Assembly (NCBI GenBank): GCA_037439545.1
Contig: JBBIVV010000049.1
Span: 1-12,875, forward strand
Length of the DNA: 12,875 bases
Reading direction: 5' to 3'
DNA from: a bacterium
Lineage (GTDB): Bacteria > JAMCPX01
Below are positions 1 through 6,962 of the stretch, one piece after another. The position numbers and the translations under genes were made by a program. The notes under the pieces were generated by a model. That model saw nothing but the letters and a program-made list of their open reading frames with translations, did not search any database and was not told the DNA's origin. Position 1 is the first letter of the stretch. Each line of letters starts with the position of its first letter.

Positions 1-1055
1 TTGCAGGATGCGGAAAGGCAAAATCAGGTTCAGCGCTGCTTCAACATGCGCCTTATGTCATTGCACTCTCACAACCGGCAGGGAGTGTGCCCGGCTCACT
101 GTATGCGTTGTCACCGACGCAGGGAACCATTCAGAAACTGGGGGTGCTGGTGGGGCTGATTCCGAACAGCATGCTGCTCGATGGTCATTCTCTGTACGTC
201 GTGAATGCCGGGGATGCAACGATCTCGGTTGTCGGTATTACCGAGAGTGAATCCACGATCTCTATGAAGAACGAACAGCCCATTCAGCTTCCTTCAACTT
301 CGTATCCCGAGTATATAACGATAACGACAGTCAACGGTGTACAGAAAGGGTATGTTTCGTTAAACGGGACGAACAAGGTTGCTGTGCTGGATATGACGAA
401 CGACACGATTCAGGACGACATCGCCATACCGCGGTACAGCTCATGGGCCTCAGCGTTTGAGTCGCATCCCTGGGGTATTTCCATAGTGAATGGAAAGGCC
501 ATGGTAACGAACCTCGGTGCGGACTATGCAGCTTATACCTATACCTCACCTGCAATGATAAGTGTTATAGACCCATCGACAGATGCTTTATTAACACCGG
601 TAACCACAACAACAGGTGTTAATCTCCAGGCAGTTGAGCCACTCACGCAGACCGGCTTTGTCGTCATATCAAGCGGTAACTATGGGGCAATTGGCGGGTA
701 TGCGGAGTTGTTCAACAATGCTTTTGTTGAAAAGACAGCAATCCCGCTGAGCGGAGGTGGATCGGGAATCGCTATCAGCTCAACAGGCATCGGTTATGTA
801 ACACTCAACAGTATGGTTGGGTATGACACAATAAATACAAATACAGGACAATGGATTACTACGACAGACTTAACAAAACAGGTTGCTGGATTGTCAGGCT
901 TTAATCTCACCAGTATTAAATTTGCACCGGACGGTATGCTGTGGGCGACGGACTGGCAGGATAATATGGTTTTTGAGATCGATCCGGCTACGAATACGGT
1001 AATCAAAACATTCAAACTGCCGGAACCTGCGCAGGATGTGGTGTTTGTCTATTAA
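1..1055 (+). CDS. 5'-truncated YncE/YVTN-type beta-propeller lipoprotein, candidate BtuG-like corrinoid-binding protein
   Basis: The frame of ORF 87..1055 stays open back to base 3 and reads (NTT)-A-G-C-GKAKSGSALLQHAPYVIALSQPAGSVPGSLY, i.e. a lipobox [LVIF]-A-G-C with Cys at 9-11, so GTG 87 is probably not the start. Repeated propeller-blade motifs: LYVVNAGDATISVV, GYVSLNGTNKVAVLD, AMVTN...ISVIDP, LWATDWQDNMVFEIDPATNTVIKT. Ends TAA TAG at 1053-1058. The B12 role is inferred from context. Confidence 0.7.
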   Translation, partial: AGCGKAKSGSALLQHAPYVIALSQPAGSVPGSLYALSPTQGTIQKLGVLVGLIPNSMLLDGHSLYVVNAGDATISVVGITESESTISMKNEQPIQLPSTSYPEYITITTVNGVQKGYVSLNGTNKVAVLDMTNDTIQDDIAIPRYSSWASAFESHPWGISIVNGKAMVTNLGADYAAYTYTSPAMISVIDPSTDALLTPVTTTTGVNLQAVEPLTQTGFVVISSGNYGAIGGYAELFNNAFVEKTAIPLSGGGSGIAISSTGIGYVTLNSMVGYDTINTNTGQWITTTDLTKQVAGLSGFNLTSIKFAPDGMLWATDWQDNMVFEIDPATNTVIKTFKLPEPAQDVVFVY

Positions 1056-1068
1056 TAGAGAATACAAG

Positions 1069-1098
1069 GTAGGGGGTAATTCATGAATTACCCCCTAT
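1069..1098. repeat. GTAG-family REP-like palindrome, copy 1
   Basis: Perfect 28-bp palindrome TAGGGGGTAATTCATGAATTACCCCCTA at 1070-1097, with G at 1069 giving a 5' GTAG; 14 bp after the propeller stop codon. Confidence 0.85.
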
Positions 1099-1112
1099 GA
1101 ATGCATTGCAAA

Positions 1113-1144
1113 TAGTAGGGGCATGTTGCAACGTGCCCCTACTA
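1113..1144. repeat. GTAG-family REP-like palindrome, copy 2
   Basis: 32-bp palindrome TAGTAGGGGCATGTTGCAACGTGCCCCTACTA with one mismatch (G-U compatible in RNA); GTAG at 1115-1118, CTAC at 1139-1142. Confidence 0.85.
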
Positions 1145-1165
1145 AAACTTCATTGAGGATAAACA

Positions 1166-1681
1166 ATGTATATTACCTTTATAACAGGCGGCGCACGGAG
1201 CGGTAAAAGTGCCTACGCACTTGCACAGGCTCAAAAGCTCTCGGGTAAAAAGGCATTTATAGCAACAGCACAAGCATTAGATGATGAGATGCAGGCCCGT
1301 ATTAAAATGCACAAAAAGCAGCGAAGCAATGTATGGGATACGTATGAGGAGCCTATGGAGCCCGCAAGACTTATCGAGGAATTAAAATCAAGATATGATG
1401 TTCTATTGATAGACTGTCTTACCCTTTGGCTTTCAAATATCATGTATGCAGAAATGGATGTTATGAAGGAGATAGAGAAGTTTGCTGGTTGCTTAATTAC
1501 GCAAGGCAAGGAGCAACCTACAATATTTATCGTTTCAAATGAGGTTGGAATGGGCATAGTGCCAGAGAATAAGTTTGCACGTATATTCAGGGATTATCAA
1601 GGTCTGCTCAACCAGCACATCGCGGGCATAGCAGATGAGGTTTATATGTTAGTTGCAGGGATCCCCCTGAAGATAAAATGA
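1166..1681 (+). CDS. cobU: Bifunctional adenosylcobinamide kinase / adenosylcobinamide-phosphate guanylyltransferase (CobU/CobP)
   Basis: Motifs ITGGARSGKS (P-loop), FIATAQALDDEM..RI..H, LIDCLTLW, VSNEVGMGIVP, RIFRD..G.LNQ..A..AD.V....AGIP; GAGGA RBS at 1155-1159; 171 aa. Confidence 0.97.
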   Translation: MYITFITGGARSGKSAYALAQAQKLSGKKAFIATAQALDDEMQARIKMHKKQRSNVWDTYEEPMEPARLIEELKSRYDVLLIDCLTLWLSNIMYAEMDVMKEIEKFAGCLITQGKEQPTIFIVSNEVGMGIVPENKFARIFRDYQGLLNQHIAGIADEVYMLVAGIPLKIK

Positions 1682-1712
1682 ACACAGGGGCGTTTAGAAA
1701 GGAGACATTGAG

Positions 1713-2831
1713 ATGATTAAAGATACAGTAATAAACATTCAGGGAGTTGATACATCACTCCTGCAGAAGGCACAAGCACGGCTCGATAGCCTCACCAAAC
1801 CCAAAGACAGCCTTGGAAGGCTTGAGGAGTTTGCAAAAAGGCTTGTCGGTATAAGCGGACAAACAATGCCAATAATCGGTAAAAAGGTGATCTTCACCTT
1901 CGCGGGCGACCACGGCGTTGCAGACGAAGGCGTGTCTGCATTCCCCAAAGAGGTCACCAGGGAGATGGTATTGAATTTTATCCGGGGAGGCGCCGGCATC
2001 AATGTGCTTGCACGCCATATTGGTGCGGATGTGGTTGTGGTGGATATCGGCGTTGATCATGATTTCACCAAGGACCCGGACATACCAACGTTGCATACAT
2101 GCGGGAGCGGCGGCAAGATAGGATTTGGCAAACAGGGCACTGCATTTGTCGTGAACAAGTGCGTACATGGAACGAAAAACATGGCACACGGGCCAGCCAT
2201 GACGCGGCAGGAGGCGCAGCAGTGCCTGAAGATCGGTATTGAACTCGCAGAGGAGTACGTAAAACAGGGATATACGATGTTCGGCACCGGAGACATGGGC
2301 ATAGCCAATACAACACCGTCATCAGCAATTATCGCTGTCTTGACGGGCAAGCCTGTTGCAGAGGTTACGGGCAAAGGTACAGGTATCGATGACAAGACAT
2401 TCCAACATAAGGTCAAGGTCATTGAACAGGCAATTGCGTTCAACAGGCCGGACCCTCAGGACCCGCTGGGCGTTCTTGCGGCGATAGGCGGTGCTGAGAT
2501 CGGTGGTATCGCCGGTCTGATCATAGGCTGTGCCATACATCATGTGCCGGTTGTCGTCGACGGGCTCATATCGGGCGCCAGCGCCCTGATAGCATACAGT
2601 CTTGAGCCAGCAACAAAAGATTATATGTTTATGGCACACAATTCCGTGGAACAGGGCCATAGGGCAGTCCACGAAATGATAGGATTGAAACCCATTCTTG
2701 ACCTGAGCCTGAGACTGGGAGAAGGAACCGGCGCTGCGCTTGCCATGCCGGTGATAGAGGCGGGGCTGAAGCTTTATAAGGAGATGGCAACATTTGAAGA
2801 GGCCGGAGTTCATGAAAAGGCAGATTCGTAG
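1713..2831 (+). CDS. cobT: Nicotinate-nucleotide--dimethylbenzimidazole phosphoribosyltransferase
   Basis: Motifs [19 protein letters not shown]...[48 protein letters not shown] upstream. Confidence 0.97.
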   Translation: MIKDTVINIQGVDTSLLQKAQARLDSLTKPKDSLGRLEEFAKRLVGISGQTMPIIGKKVIFTFAGDHGVADEGVSAFPKEVTREMVLNFIRGGAGINVLARHIGADVVVVDIGVDHDFTKDPDIPTLHTCGSGGKIGFGKQGTAFVVNKCVHGTKNMAHGPAMTRQEAQQCLKIGIELAEEYVKQGYTMFGTGDMGIANTTPSSAIIAVLTGKPVAEVTGKGTGIDDKTFQHKVKVIEQAIAFNRPDPQDPLGVLAAIGGAEIGGIAGLIIGCAIHHVPVVVDGLISGASALIAYSLEPATKDYMFMAHNSVEQGHRAVHEMIGLKPILDLSLRLGEGTGAALAMPVIEAGLKLYKEMATFEEAGVHEKADS

Positions 2832-3669
2832 ATTACTGATTGCGGTTCAATTCCTGACGATTATCCCGGTTAAAATAACGGGCACGATCCAGGAGGATGA
2901 TCTGGGCGGTTCGTCCCTGTTCTTTCCGCTTGTCGGTGCAGTTCAGGGCATCACAGTAGTGCTGACGTTCATGGCACTGATGATGGTTCTCTGCAGAGCA
3001 CGGACATGCCAGGCACCCGCCGGACTGATAAGCATCGTCGTCATTTTACTTCTCATGGTCATCAATAAAGGCCTGCATATTGACGGGCTTGCAGATACCT
3101 TCGACGCGCTGGGTGTTGCACCGACCGGAAGTACGTCATCCGATATCGAGAAGAGATTGTCGGTCATGAAGGACAGCAGAATAGGCGCTATGGGTACCGT
3201 GGCCATCGTCGGTACGGTTCTGATTAAGTATGTTTTATTGAGCACCCTGATTTCTGATCAGCAGCTTGCAGCAGTAGTTCTTCTGCTGTTTCTCATGCCG
3301 GTGTACTCAAAATGGACAATGGTCTGCGCGCTGTACAGAGGGACATCCGCACGAAAAGACGGCATTGGAAGGGCGTTTATTGAATATAGTTATCCGGGTC
3401 ACGTTCTGGGCGCCACCGGTATACTTACTGTCCTGACAGCAGGAGGGGTGTTTGTATACCGGGGCGTACCAGGTGCCGGCCCGGCAAGCGTCTATCATCT
3501 TATGGCTCTTGCCGGAGGCATGCTCGCAGCCCTCTTCGGGTTCAGCGTGATGTCCGTGCATTATTTTCAAAAGAAATTCGGCGGTATTACCGGGGATACG
3601 CTGGGTGCAATCAGTGAGTTGTCAGAGGTATTATTCCTATTTATGGCGGCGGCATGGCTAAATCATTGA
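2812..3669 (+). CDS. cobS: Adenosylcobinamide-GDP ribazoletransferase (cobalamin 5'-phosphate synthase)
   Basis: Motifs [50 protein letters not shown]; multiple hydrophobic segments. Start placed at ATG 2812 (GGAG at 2805-2808) instead of TTG 2794; overlaps the cobT end by 20 nt. Confidence 0.95.
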   Translation: MKRQIRRLLIAVQFLTIIPVKITGTIQEDDLGGSSLFFPLVGAVQGITVVLTFMALMMVLCRARTCQAPAGLISIVVILLLMVINKGLHIDGLADTFDALGVAPTGSTSSDIEKRLSVMKDSRIGAMGTVAIVGTVLIKYVLLSTLISDQQLAAVVLLLFLMPVYSKWTMVCALYRGTSARKDGIGRAFIEYSYPGHVLGATGILTVLTAGGVFVYRGVPGAGPASVYHLMALAGGMLAALFGFSVMSVHYFQKKFGGITGDTLGAISELSEVLFLFMAAAWLNH

Positions 3670-5348
3670 TGATTCAGGGCACTGGCTCAGGCGTGGGCAA
3701 AAGCATTATCGTTGCTGCACTGTGCAGGATCTTTAAGAACATGGGCGTGGATGTCGCACCTTTCAAGGCACAGAACATGGCATTGAATGCTTCTGTAACA
3801 AACCAAGGAGGAGAGATAGGTGTTGCGCAGGCGCTTCAGGCACAAGCTGCGAGGATTGAGCCTGAGATCGATATGAATCCGATCTTATTGAAGCCCTCGG
3901 GAGAAGCAGGTGTTCAGATAGTGATTCACGGGAAGGCTTATACGACCATGAAGGCAAAAGGATACTACGGGTTAAAACACCGGGCGCTGAATGCCGTCAG
4001 AAGTTCTTTTAAAAGGCTTTCCCAAAATCATGAATTAATCATTATAGAGGGCGCAGGCAGTCCTGCCGAAATAAATCTTATGAAAGATGATATAGTAAAT
4101 ATGGCAATGGCAAGGTACGCAAACGCACCTGTATTGCTGGTAGGGGATATCGATAAAGGCGGCGTGTTTGCGTCATTTTATGGGACTATTGAACTGTTAA
4201 AAGATAGTACAAATCCATCAATTCATCCTGTCAAGGCAGAAGAAACCCTCTCAGGCCCCCTTGTCAGGGGGAGATTACGAGATGCAGATTATATAAAGGC
4301 GTTTATTATAAATAAATTCAGAGGTGATTTAGACCTGCTGAAACCCGGTCTAAAAATGATTGAAGATAAAACTAATAAGCCTGTGATAGGGGTGATTCCT
4401 TATATGAATAATATCGGATTGCCGGAAGAAGACGGGGCAGGACTTGAAGAAATTCAAGATGCGAAATTAAAAATTCAAGATCCGATAAAGATCGTTGTGA
4501 TTAAGCTTCCGTATATTTCAAACTTCACGGACTTCGAGCCTTTTTTATACGAGCCCGATGCAGAGCTTCTCTATGCCGATACGCAGACACCTATAGATAA
4601 TGCCGATCTTGTGATCATTCCCGGCACAAAGAATACCATGGATGCGCTTCTGTTTTTAAAACAAACAGGTCTTCATGAAAGTATAAAACGTGCGTATGCA
4701 AAAGGCACCCAGATCATTGGAATATGCGGCGGTTATCAGATATTGGGGGAAAGACTTCTGAATCCCTATGGAGTGGAAGGCAGGATTAAAACATTGGACG
4801 GTATTGGCTTACTACCTATAAAAACAGTGTTTCAGAAAGCAAAAATTACAGCGCAGGTTGAAGCTGAGATTGTCCGGGGTTCAAGGTTTGGCTTTAAGGG
4901 TTTTAAAGATACAAGACTTAAAGGTTACGAGATCCATCATGGAGTGAGCAAAGGGGATATTGGGCTGTTCAGGTTGAGAAGGGTTTCACATCAAAACATA
5001 AATGATTCGCTCCCGTTGGAGTGGCAAAGGCTGGATTCCCGTTTTCACGGGAATGACAAAAAAGAGAATGACCCTGATAATAATTCTTGCACAACATCAG
5101 CGGGGAGATTGGATACACTGGATGGAACAAGAAATAAAAACTGTTTTGGCACTTACATCCACGGGATCTTCGATAATGACGAATTCAGAAGGGCAATCCT
5201 GAATAACGTAAGGATAAAAAAGGGCTTAAACCCGTTAAAGCATACCTTTCAATATGCTCAGGCGAAGGATGCGGCCATCGATCATTTTGCGGACATTGTA
5301 AAACAGCATCTCGATATGAAGTTTATAAAAAGGATCGTAGGGGTATGA
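3654..5348 (+). CDS. cbiP: Adenosylcobyric acid synthase (CbiP/CobQ), carrying in-frame insertions
   Basis: Motifs [73 protein letters not shown] (glutaminase Cys), GYEIH, GTYIHGIF; 564 aa, longer than the roughly 500 aa I recall as typical. Confidence 0.97.
   Translation: MAKSLMIQGTGSGVGKSIIVAALCRIFKNMGVDVAPFKAQNMALNASVTNQGGEIGVAQALQAQAARIEPEIDMNPILLKPSGEAGVQIVIHGKAYTTMKAKGYYGLKHRALNAVRSSFKRLSQNHELIIIEGAGSPAEINLMKDDIVNMAMARYANAPVLLVGDIDKGGVFASFYGTIELLKDSTNPSIHPVKAEETLSGPLVRGRLRDADYIKAFIINKFRGDLDLLKPGLKMIEDKTNKPVIGVIPYMNNIGLPEEDGAGLEEIQDAKLKIQDPIKIVVIKLPYISNFTDFEPFLYEPDAELLYADTQTPIDNADLVIIPGTKNTMDALLFLKQTGLHESIKRAYAKGTQIIGICGGYQILGERLLNPYGVEGRIKTLDGIGLLPIKTVFQKAKITAQVEAEIVRGSRFGFKGFKDTRLKGYEIHHGVSKGDIGLFRLRRVSHQNINDSLPLEWQRLDSRFHGNDKKENDPDNNSCTTSAGRLDTLDGTRNKNCFGTYIHGIFDNDEFRRAILNNVRIKKGLNPLKHTFQYAQAKDAAIDHFADIVKQHLDMKFIKRIVGV
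4243..4276. repeat. Degenerate C-tract/G-tract hairpin element inside a cbiP insertion
   Basis: AAACCCTCTCAGG-CCCCCT-TGTC-AGGGGG-AGATT; stem 4256-4261/4266-4271; similar layout to the element at 11247-11291. Confidence 0.5.
5031..5057. repeat. ATTCCC-N8-GGGAAT palindromic element (dRS3/RPE-like half element) inside cbiP
   Basis: CTGG-ATTCCC-GTTTTCAC-GGGAAT-GAC; translated as LDSRFHGND in the cbiP frame and WIPVFTGMT in the next frame. Confidence 0.75.
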
Positions 5349-5387
5349 ATTTACCCATAGAAAATTAGAAATAACTAAAATAAAAAA

Positions 5388-5393
5388 AGGAGG
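5388..5393 (+). promoter_or_regulatory. Consensus Shine-Dalgarno site of the small peptide gene
   Basis: AGGAGG 6 nt before ATG 5400, preceded by a long A-rich unstructured tract. Confidence 0.85.
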
Positions 5394-5399
5394 ATAAAT

Positions 5400-5531
5400 A
5401 TGAAAACATTAAAAAAGGTTAAGAAACAAATCACGAAAAAGGGCAAGCCAACCAGGGATGTAATATCATATCGTAAGGCTTGCAAGGTCAATGGCACCGG
5501 TTTGTCACACTATATTTTAAAGTCCAATTGA
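5400..5531 (+). CDS. cbpA: 43-aa putative modified-peptide precursor (CbpA-like), not in the ORF track
   Basis: Manual translation: MKTLKKVKKQITKKGKPTRDVISYRKACKVNGTGLSHYILKSN*. Consensus RBS; ends 18 bp before a radical SAM/SPASM gene. The C-terminal VISYRKACKVNGTGLSHYIL matches my recollection of the CbpA (TIGR04164) core. Confidence 0.88.
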   Translation: MKTLKKVKKQITKKGKPTRDVISYRKACKVNGTGLSHYILKSN

Positions 5532-5549
5532 GAGCATGGTTTTTACTAA

Positions 5550-6962
5550 ATGATATCTAATTCAAAGGGGTCTTTTATCAATACCGGTAATGGACCCGCA
5601 CTTTTGCCTGTTGATATCGGGCATAAAGACTACCTTGCACTGGTTGATCCCGTTACAGCATTCTGGTTGCTGGTAAAACGCAATAGGCTTGTGGATGTCC
5701 TGAGTGATACTCAGTTGAGAAGGGCATATATCAGGAAGTCGGACGAGTTTAAAAAAGAAATGGAAGACCTGCGTTTTACCCGGAGACCATCTGCCGTATA
5801 CTTTAACCCGACGGAACGATGCAATCTCAATTGTTCTTACTGCTATATTCCTGAAAACATGAGACGCAATGGGCACAGTATGTCCAAAAAAGAGCTATTT
5901 GAGGCTTTAGAGCGGCTTAAAAGCTATTTCAGAAGAACGCTGCCCATAGGGACACTTCCCCAGATCATCTTCCACGGTGCTGAACCACTGCTCAACCGTG
6001 AGACTGTTTTTGCCGGTATAGATAAGTACGGTAAAGACTTCCGGTTTGGCATCCAAACCAACGCCACATTTTTAGATGATCAGACGGTAGAATTTTTAAC
6101 CGCCAGGAATGTAAGTATTGGTATGTCTCTTGATGGACCAACGTCTGACATCGACGGCCGCACACGACACAACTGGAGTGGAGAGAGCACCTATAAAAAG
6201 ACTGTTGAAGCAATGGAGCGTCTCAAAGGGTATGCAGGCTGGAATATTATAAGTACCATTACCAGCGAGAATATGCGTCAATTAGTTAGTCTTGTGGAAT
6301 TTTTTCATAGCCATGACGTGCCGAGCTGCATGCTGAACATCGTGCGGAGTACCATGCCATCGTCAAAGGAAGTCAAACCTTCCGATACTGATGCTGTCAA
6401 ATATTATCTGTCTGCGATGGATCGCACCTACGAGCTTTATAAGCAGACCGGCAAAAAGCTTATAGTTGCCAACTTTGCAAATATTTTTCTGGCGATTATT
6501 GCACCTTCTGCACGGCGTCTTATGTGCGATATTTCCCCCTGTGGAGGCGGGAGATTTTTTTTCGCTTTGTCGGCAAATGGAGATCTGTTTCCCTGCAGTG
6601 AATTTGTCGGATTGTCATCATTTAAGGGCGGGAATATTTTCCAAGACGATATTGAGGGTGTACTTGTCAGCAGTCCTTTCAGCATAGTTACCGGCCGGAA
6701 AGTAGAAGATATAGAACCATGCAGCCATTGTGCAATACGCCATTTTTGTGGTGCGCCCTGTCCCGCAGAGGTTTATACAATGCATGGTAGAATGGATAAA
6801 ACCGGGGCTTTCTGCGAGTTCTATGAAGAACAAACCCGCTATGTTTTCAGGGTCATTGCAGATGGCAGACAAGATGCCTTTCTCTGGGATGATTGGGATA
6901 AAGGGACAAAAAATACATTTACTATCAGGCAATTTAACAAGCCTCACCACATTCATGTTTAG
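5550..6962 (+). CDS. cbpB: Peptide-modifying radical SAM/SPASM enzyme (CbpB-like)
   Basis: CNLNCSYC (CxxxCxxC, 5820-5843), IIFHGAEPLL, IQTNAT, MSLDG, and a C-terminal SPASM pattern Cx4Cx17C...Cx2Cx5Cx3Cx17C; about 80-aa N-terminal extension; adjacent peptide gene. Radical SAM/SPASM is near certain; the CbpB (TIGR04163) assignment is from recall and context. Confidence 0.88.
   Translation: MISNSKGSFINTGNGPALLPVDIGHKDYLALVDPVTAFWLLVKRNRLVDVLSDTQLRRAYIRKSDEFKKEMEDLRFTRRPSAVYFNPTERCNLNCSYCYIPENMRRNGHSMSKKELFEALERLKSYFRRTLPIGTLPQIIFHGAEPLLNRETVFAGIDKYGKDFRFGIQTNATFLDDQTVEFLTARNVSIGMSLDGPTSDIDGRTRHNWSGESTYKKTVEAMERLKGYAGWNIISTITSENMRQLVSLVEFFHSHDVPSCMLNIVRSTMPSSKEVKPSDTDAVKYYLSAMDRTYELYKQTGKKLIVANFANIFLAIIAPSARRLMCDISPCGGGRFFFALSANGDLFPCSEFVGLSSFKGGNIFQDDIEGVLVSSPFSIVTGRKVEDIEPCSHCAIRHFCGAPCPAEVYTMHGRMDKTGAFCEFYEEQTRYVFRVIADGRQDAFLWDDWDKGTKNTFTIRQFNKPHHIHV

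Noticed and set aside
1069..1144. Palindromes as a mini-CRISPR, intrinsic terminators or a cobalamin riboswitch
   Set aside because: Only two non-identical units 15 bp apart and no cas genes; no U-tract; no B12-box, and the 110-bp gap is mostly occupied by the palindromes.
5002..5202. 66-aa alternate-frame ORF containing WIPVFTGMT
   Set aside because: It is the off-frame reading of the palindromic repeat inside cbiP; no independent evidence of a gene.
5349..5387. Possible internal sigma70 promoter (TAAAAT at 5376-5381) for the peptide gene
   Set aside because: No credible -35 at 16-18 bp spacing, and such hexamers arise easily in this A-rich tract.
6730..6954. 75-aa N-terminal extension of CbiB in the ORF track (GTG 6730)
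   Set aside because: It lies wholly within the SPASM-coding part of the radical SAM gene; CbiB-like sequence begins only after ATG 6955.
5550..6962. Radical SAM gene as a lower-ligand enzyme (BzaF/BzaAB or B12-dependent BzaD/E) or a sulfatase maturase
   Set aside because: It has an N-terminal CxxxCxxC plus SPASM domain, not a ThiC-like or B12-binding architecture; no sulfatase is nearby and a dedicated peptide gene is adjacent.
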